A stretch of DNA of 43,861 bases from Octopus bimaculoides (lineage: Eukaryota): positions 24,000,113-24,043,973 of the forward strand of contig NC_069004.1 of NCBI RefSeq assembly GCF_001194135.2, written 5' to 3'. Each line of letters begins with the position of its first letter. The first letter of the stretch is position 1. Position numbers and translations under genes: made by a program. Shown here one piece after another: positions 36,862 through 43,861 of this stretch. The notes beneath the pieces are model-generated. The model had not been told where the DNA came from, did not search any database, and saw only the letters and a list, made by a program, of their open reading frames with translations.

Positions 36862-37225
36862 ATAACAAGAGCACTCAGAGAGCCTAAAACCTCCGCCAAG
36901 GCAACATCAACATCCTCTCAATAATTAGCCAGAGAGGATTTTTAAAATGAGAATATCTGAAATAAACGCGACTGCTCTCACAAACGCGAATTCGATAAAT
37001 GAACCGACCGCTCTCAAAAATTAAGTTTAAAAAAAAACATGAAAATATTCCAGAATCCTTGTCCCGTACCGGATTGATCCCAAACTCTAATCAGTTCGTG
37101 CCAGTTACGAGACCAAACATCCCTGAAAGTTTCATCCAAATCCATCCAGTGGTTCTTGAGATATCTTGTCCACGGACAAACGGACAAACAAACACGACTG
37201 AAAACAATACCTTCGCTAAGGTATT
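36862..37225 (+). mobile_element. Helentron-associated (HINE/DINE-like) non-autonomous element
   Basis: 5' acctccgccaagg subterminal motif, typical tttcatccaaatccatccagtggttcttgagatatc body, gaca-type repeats, 3' hairpin aatacctt-cgct-aaggtatt (37206-37225). Class assignment is from recollection of such elements. Confidence 0.5.
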
Positions 37226-37304
37226 AAATCGGTAATAAATCGGAAGTGAAGACCAAATATGTAGTGCGTATGTTTAATTGGCAAAATATGACCATCCCCA
37301 AGTA

Positions 37305-37340
<36 letters not shown>

Positions 37341-37399
37341 GGATAATGGTAGCCTACTGGTAAAGCACGGTCACTTTCACAGTGTTCGTTTTGTGGCAA

Positions 37400-39070
37400 A
37401 TGAAAGATGGAAGATGGAATATACGAGAATTTATTAATCACGACAATTGTTTTGACACATCTAGCATTGATCCCTCATGGGTATGATACTTAACTGGTTC
37501 GGGAGCATCTAACTGTGCAGATGTGTCTCTTTGGGTGATAAATAGACATAACTCGTTAAAATAACAGTTCCGCAATGTATCTTCTCATTTCGTGTAAAGG
37601 AAAGCAGCAAATTAAAGGAAATGGCTTCATTTATATAGAAGATCAAAAATGAAATAACAGATACAAAAAAGTATTATATCTATTTCGTGCCGGGACAAAT
37701 CAGAATTTCCATGCTATAAATCAGGGCTTTATTGAGCACGATTGGGTTAATAGTGGCGTAATAACTCTCTAATTGCTATTCTTGCTAATTTCTAGAAGCT
37801 TAAACCATCCAACCACCTCTTGGGTATCTGACCAGAGGGATAATCTAATTTTAGACTTCAGGGCGAGTAGTACTCTATCAATTATTTTCTTACTAATAAT
37901 CCCTATATCGGGTTTAGAATGACAAATAAATCTAACAGAGGGGTCAATAAGAAAATTAGGTTTTGGTCCTTAAATATAATCCGAGGTTTTCTAGGAACGT
38001 ATGGCTCGGTTCTATCAACTATAGCTAAATCTCTAACGGTTTGTATCCTTGTATTGTTAATTTTTTAATGTGTCGTTACTCGTATGTCTATATCTGGTGA
38101 GTAATTCTTTCCTTATCATAGACTTATATAAGTTATTAACAATGTAAATGTTACTTGTTTTATCCGCTGGTACAAGTATCCCGGGAGCTTTCTTGAAGTC
38201 ATCAAGTAATTTTCTGATTTTCTGCTGATGTATATTGTCCCTTCTAGGGTACTTCCCAAACTTCACCTTCTTATCCATACTGTATAATTATTCCTCTTCA
38301 AATTTGGTTAGGTGTTGGTTAGTCGGTGGGCTCCTCCTAGATTTGAATACTTTTCTTAGTAGGTCGCCACATTCAGGTTTGTCATTTGATTTAACTTTTC
38401 TGTCAAAGAAGCAAGCTTTCCACTGGATTCTTCGTATGAATTAAATATGATAAATTCTCATGCAGAGAAGAATCAAAATGCCCATCGATGAACCTCTGTA
38501 TGATGTCCTCTTAGATACACTATGTTTCAAAAACCAAAAATGACAAATTGGTTAGAGCTCCAAAATTTTAGATCATAGGTTTGCTTGCCCAGGGCTGACC
38601 TGGGGCTAATCGCAATAACTTATATGTCAACGAATAACATACTAAAGTACTTGTTCTTACATGAACATTTGCCCTACAGGTTCTACTCCTAACCCCAGTT
38701 AAGTTACCCCACAATCCCGATCTGGAGCTCCCAACTACCAGCTGTTATTACTTGTGTTTAATTCAGTTCAACACCAAACCATGTTCCACCAACCAACACA
38801 CACACACATAATAATAATAATAAAAAACGGAGAAAAGCACAATAAGAGAAAAAAAACAAAAACAACGAAAGGATGTGGTATATGCAAAGTATTAATAAGA
38901 CGCTCAGGGGAGGAAAGAAAGGGTGTTTTACGTTTCGAGCAAAGCACCTCTTCAGAAACAGGAAACAGATGAAAGTCCAAGAGTAAAGGAAGGCGGAGGA
39001 AAAAATCGCCCACAATCCACGAGAGAGAGTATAAAAGGGATCAATTTTCCTGGTGGATACCATATTATCT
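37400..39070 (-). mobile_element. Decayed, internally deleted Penelope-like element with 5' pseudo-LTR
   Basis: ILVPADKTSNIY motif (38057-38278), degenerate KDHKPNF-like RT segment, 3' terminus shared with 41530-41710, HHR at 38924-38960. Confidence 0.65.
38924..38960 (-). ncRNA. Minimal type I hammerhead ribozyme in a Penelope pseudo-LTR
   Basis: UGUUU-CUGAAGA-GGUGCUUUGCUC-GAAAC-GUA-AAACA: perfect 5-bp stem I, palindromic ACGU in place of stem III. Confidence 0.65.
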
Positions 39071-40048
39071 CACAAAATGGTATCAATGCCGGTTATCCAC
39101 AACGGTCCATTTACATAGTACTCAAGCTTGAAATAGATACCGGTACTGATAAACCTCACTCGGAACAAGTAAGTCAGTGTTATATATGGTGTAGAAAACG
39201 TTTGAATAAAAAAGTTTTGGAGTGAATTAATCTCCACTCTCCTCTTCGTTATCAATTATATATATATATACTTACATGACGGACTTCTTTCAGTTTCCGT
39301 CTACCAAAATTCACTCACAAAGCTATGGTTGGCTCCGGGCTGTAGCAGAAGAAATTGCCCAATATAGCATGCCATGGGACTGGCCCCAAGACAACATTGA
39401 GAAGCATACAGTCACACCTGTGCCTGCTCAGGAAAACTATAACGGTAATAATAATTTTTGAGTGAGAGTCATCACAACTAGGTGAACGATGTGGTCATCA
39501 GAGCTGACCCTGGCTGTTTACATTTCATTAACAACTACTGAAGGATGTTTAGAGAAGTTAGTGCTCCAGTATGACCTCAACTCTAGAGCTGAAACTAGTA
39601 AAAAGTAAAAAGTAAAAGGATAAAGCATAAAACATGAAAAGGGAAGAAAAAACAAGAGAAAATATTTTGAATATAAAATATGGACAAATATTTATTAGCG
39701 ACAGAATATTGACTCTGTGTTTGTGTCTCTATGTCTATATGTATATATATGTCTGCATGTATGTATGTATGTGTATAAAAATGTGTGTGTTTGTGTGCTA
39801 ATCACTGTGTGGTATTTAATAGAGATCTTAATGAATGGAACTACTTCCGGCCTGTGTCACTAGATGCATTTTGATGACATTCAGACGACATCAACAACTT
39901 CCTGTTTATGAGCAAAAGTTTTGGTAGGAATATGTGCATTTTCAGTGATAACCGTTAATGGAATGGGTTAATAAGTTTCTTGTTTTTCTTTTTGACAAGG
40001 TTAGCACGTAAACATTTTCGTTCCATTCGAAAATATGTATATAACGCA

Positions 40049-40080
<32 letters not shown>

Positions 40081-40081
40081 A

Positions 40082-40126
<45 letters not shown>

Positions 40127-40240
40127 GGAAAAATTGTACAAAATGTATAAATAGATGATGAGTAAAGCACCGGCAGAGTTTCGATTACCTGTTGTTATCC
40201 GTAGATTTACTGCAGGTACTTCGTAATGGCGGTTGGGGTA

Positions 40241-40505
40241 ATAGTATTAATAAAATAGGAGATGAAATGCATAATAGATTTTATTGCGTACAACACATGT
40301 TTCGACACATTCTGGGTCTCTTCATGTAAATCAATAAAATGTCTCACTCGAAATTGATTGACATATAGCAGTACATAAGCCGATTCAAGAAATCTCCAGT
40401 GAGACATTTTATTGGTGTACCTGAAGAGATCCCAAACAGGTCAAAACATGTGTTGTACCCAATAAAGTCTATTACACATCTTATCTCCTATTTTATTAAT
40501 ACTAT
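40241..40505. mobile_element. Inverted pair of Penelope-like terminal repeats (108-bp arms), each carrying a hammerhead remnant
   Basis: Arms 40241-40348 and 40398-40505 are reverse complements at roughly 85% identity; CTGAAGA at 40421 (+) and GAAAC-ATGT-GTT on both arms. Confidence 0.65.
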
Positions 40506-40764
40506 GATGCAGCACGGAATTTTGTCAGTGAACAGGTTACGGTTTCAAAGCGACGAAAATATTTTGACAAATTAAATTTGCATGTTGAAGTGAATCTAAC
40601 GGTTTTTGTGTGTTTCTTAAATGGCTTATAAACACTTTCCACGCTACAATTGTTCTTGTTTCAGCACACGATCTCAGATCAAGTCACTTGCTCTGCAAGT
40701 ACATCTCCATAATATATATATATACATACATATGTCTGTATATAAGTATATATATACTCTTTTA

Positions 40765-41110
40765 ATCTTTTACTTGTTTCAGTCATTTGACTGCGGCCGT
40801 GCTGGAGCACCGATTTTAGTCGAATGAATCGACCACAGGATTTATTCTTTGTAAGCCTAGTCTTATTCTATCGGTCTCTTTTACCGAGCCGCTAAGTTAC
40901 AGGGTCACACCAACATCAGTTGGTAGGGGTGGGGGACAAACACAGACACACAAATATACATATATATATATATATATATACGTCTACCAAATCCACTCAC
41001 AAGGCTTTGGTCAGCCCGAGTCTATAGTAGAAGACACTTGCCCAAGGTGTCGTGCAATGAAACTGAACTCGGTACCATGTAGTTGGGAAGCAAGCTGTTA
41101 CCACACAGAC
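40765..41110 (-). mobile_element. SINE family A
   Basis: Homology to 2030-2422. Confidence 0.8.
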
Positions 41111-41529
41111 AAGCCAGCACCTGAATAATGAATTATTTTACATTTCTGCACCAACATGCATGCTACGCATTGTACAACAGAATTGTACGGTAACAAGTCA
41201 TTTCAAATATAGAAGGCGAGCTCTTCAGATCACCAGAACATATTAGTTACACTAATGCTTTTATGTATGCAAATATGTTCGTTTGTATATATGCGTGCGT
41301 GTGTGTATATGTCTGTCAGTTTAGGAGCAAACATAGCTGTGTGTTAAGAAGTTTGTTTTCCAATCACATGGTCTTGGTTTCAGTCCCGCCGCGCGTCACT
41401 TGGGGTAATTTTAATCCCGGGCCTTGTGAGTGGATTTGGTTGGTAGAAACTGTGCACACCCATCTTATAGACACACACTCACGTAGATACACGCGCGCGC
41501 GCGCGCACACACACACACACCGAGAAGAA

Positions 41530-41710
41530 AACTTGCGGAATAGACGTTATTTTAACGCGAAACATCTTGTAATCACTCGAAGAAACACATCTACACCGAC
41601 GGATACTCCTAAACCAGTTATTCAGTATCCTACCCGTGAGGGATCGAAGCTAGATAGGTCGAAACAATTGTAGTGATGAATAAAGATACTCGTATCTTCC
41701 ATCGTCCGTC
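41530..41710 (+). mobile_element. 3' terminus of the Penelope-like family seen at ~37400-37570
   Basis: gagggatcgaagctagataggtcgaaacaattgtagtgat is homologous to the reverse complement of ~37430-37480. Confidence 0.5.
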
Positions 41711-42557
41711 TCTTATTAATATTTATTCACACACACACATATATCATCTTTTATCTATTACTTGTTTAAGTCATTAGACTGCGGCCATGCAGGGCACTGT
41801 CTCGGAGAATTTTATCCGAAAGAATCGTACTTTTTTTTAAAGCCTGGTACTTATTGTATCCGTCCTTTTTTTTGCTGAACTGCCAAGTTACATACATATT
41901 AATTAAAATCGGCAAAAGCGAAATTCAAACCGATCGTTTCAGTAAACGAGAATTTGTTTTATTCTATACTACATATATAGATATCTAACAAATACAATAT
42001 ATGTAATAAAATAATATTCCTATATGTAATAAAATAAAACTATTATTATCATTATTGTTCGTTCACCTCATCAGGCATCATTATTGAAACAACTGACTAA
42101 AAAAAGTAAATATACAATGGTATATAGTGTTATAGCACTTCATAGGCTTGTTGACTCCATTCAGACAAAATATACATAATCCCTTATGAGCGAACTTCTA
42201 GGTATTTTAAATATCAAAAGGATATATGTTAACTGGCGATGAGAACGAAAAATAAAAAATGATTCAGCCAGATCTTTTCAAAGTTCAAAGCAAATACTAA
42301 TTTTTTTATGATGCATCAAATTAGCGTCTTTAAATGATAAAGAGTAAATTGTCTTTAAGTTTTTATTGTAAGCACAATCTCTGGAGTTATATATAAATAT
42401 ACATACTTGTTTTCGTGTATATGCATAAATGCATTCTTACATTCTCCACAAACACATATCATGTTGTCTTCAATGTCGTCGATACAGTAATTTATAAATA
42501 AATATATATATACAATTGTTGCGCGAATATTCAGCAATCACGCGATGTGAATATTAC

Positions 42558-42622
42558 CCACGTCATCAATAATATCTGACCAACAGCGACGATCTTGTCT
42601 TTTGGCGCCCTTCCTTCTGAGC
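42558..42622 (-). other. Candidate 65-nt exon (coding or UTR) in a CpG-richer unique island
   Basis: Acceptor atttatttttgttgacag| and donor tgg|gtaata; two frames open; partner exons not identified. Confidence 0.25.
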
Positions 42623-42946
42623 CTGTCAACAAAAATAAATTCGACACAGCGTGATTATTTGACAGAGAGCTCTGGACTGCAGCAGAGAGAGAGCATTGAC
42701 AAGCACTATTGGAGCTGATCGACAGAGACGGCGGACTTCAGCTGACAATAGAAAGGCAATGAACAGTCGGAGAATGAATGATGATATTAGAAGTCAGTGG
42801 CTGGCAAGCATCTAACAACACTTTTATCTGTTGTTACAACTGCACCAAGAACAATAGCATTCAAAACTCAGCCGTCTTTTCTTAAAACTCTCTCACATAC
42901 ACAAATTAATTACTACAACAACAACTACTACTACGTTTATTCTATA

Positions 42947-43804
42947 TGTGTATCTCTTTGTGTCTGTGTTTGTCCCTCCTCCACCGTTTGACAACCGGTG
43001 TTGGTCTGTTTACGTACCGTTACTTTAGTAGTTCGGCAAAACAGATCGATAAAATAAGTACCAAGCTGAAGAAAGTACTGGGGTTGATTCATTCGACTAA
43101 AAGCTCTTCAAGGCGGTGCCCCAGCATGGCCACAGTTTAATGACTGAAACAAAATAAAAAATATAGGAATATATATATGTTCTTTTACATTAGACTGCAG
43201 CCATGCTGGAGCACCGCCTTTTAGCCGAATGAATCGAACCAAGTATATTGTATATAGGAAAACACAAACGAGAAGACAGGATATGGTATGTCCGGCTGTG
43301 GTCGACCAGTCCGATGCGTGCTCGGAAGACCATGCTGCAGGTTGGGCATTGTTGGTGTGCTGGGACTGAAGGCGAGGTCAGCTCTGGACTTGCGCCCATG
43401 CGATTTTGTTCTGCCCGTAGCCATGACTACATGTTAACATACATAGACAAAAATACACAGTTACCTCATTCATACTTGTGTTCAAATATGTATGTACATA
43501 TATACAATATACTTGGGTCGATTCATTCGGCTAAAAGGCGGTGCTCCTGCATGGCTGCAGTCTAATGTAAAGGAATATATATATATTCCTATATTTTTTC
43601 TTATTTTGTTTCAGTCATTAGACTGCGGCTATGCTGGGGCACCGCCTTGAAGAGCTTTTAGTCGAAAGAATCTACCCCAGTACTTTCTTCAGCTTGGTAC
43701 TTATTCTATCGATCTGTTTTACCGAACTGCTAAAGTAACGGTACGCAAACAGACCAACACCGGTTGTCAAACGGTGGAGGAGGGACAAACAGACACAAAG
43801 AGAT

Positions 43805-43809
<5 letters not shown>
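42947..43809. repeat. ~310-bp inverted duplication (arms 42947-43256 and 43499-43809)
   Basis: Arms are reverse complements at more than 90% identity by eye and share private variants and a composite SINE-tail junction. Confidence 0.9.
43265..43430 (-). mobile_element. RTE-clade LINE ORF 3' end (C2H2-like finger)
   Basis: CPTCSMVFRARIGLVDHSRTYH matches the RTE/BovB terminal CxxC...RIGL.SH.RxH motif. Confidence 0.8.

Positions 43810-43861
<52 letters not shown>

Noticed and set aside
41488-41520. (CG)n-(CA)n Z-DNA-prone tract
   Set aside because: Alternating purine-pyrimidine tracts are everywhere in this window; nothing specific here.
41625-41680. GAAAC-AATT-GTA hammerhead-like end (also near 37440-37480 on the minus strand)
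   Set aside because: The core reads CCCGTGA/CCCATGA, not CTGANGA, and stem II is poor; treated as an eroded pLTR.

Overview
Eukaryotic, AT-rich, intron-like DNA packed with (TA)n/(TG)n/(CA)n/(AG)n and trinucleotide microsatellites, with assembly gaps that mostly abut these repeats. The tRNA-headed SINE families, RTE-type tails and Penelope-like elements resemble octopus (coleoid) repeats; the species is my inference. Almost all ORFs in the supplied track are microsatellite or N artefacts. By eye I find (i) a plus-strand multi-exon gene candidate (exons ~15971 to 36228, possible PH-like segment, possible mutually exclusive exon pair), (ii) a divergent minus-strand gene candidate (exons 10632-10696, 6503-6584, 5863-5958), (iii) decayed Penelope-like, Gypsy, mariner, Tc1, RTE and RLE-LINE elements plus many SINEs, and (iv) several hammerhead ribozyme (HHR) motifs. 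The most striking item is a complete hammerhead core at 21131-21208 (minus strand) whose three strands are in a non-circularly permuted order, with a second copy at 20072-20129 showing a compensatory stem I change. Gene models are hand-built from splice signals and reading-frame phase only; no gene names are assigned.
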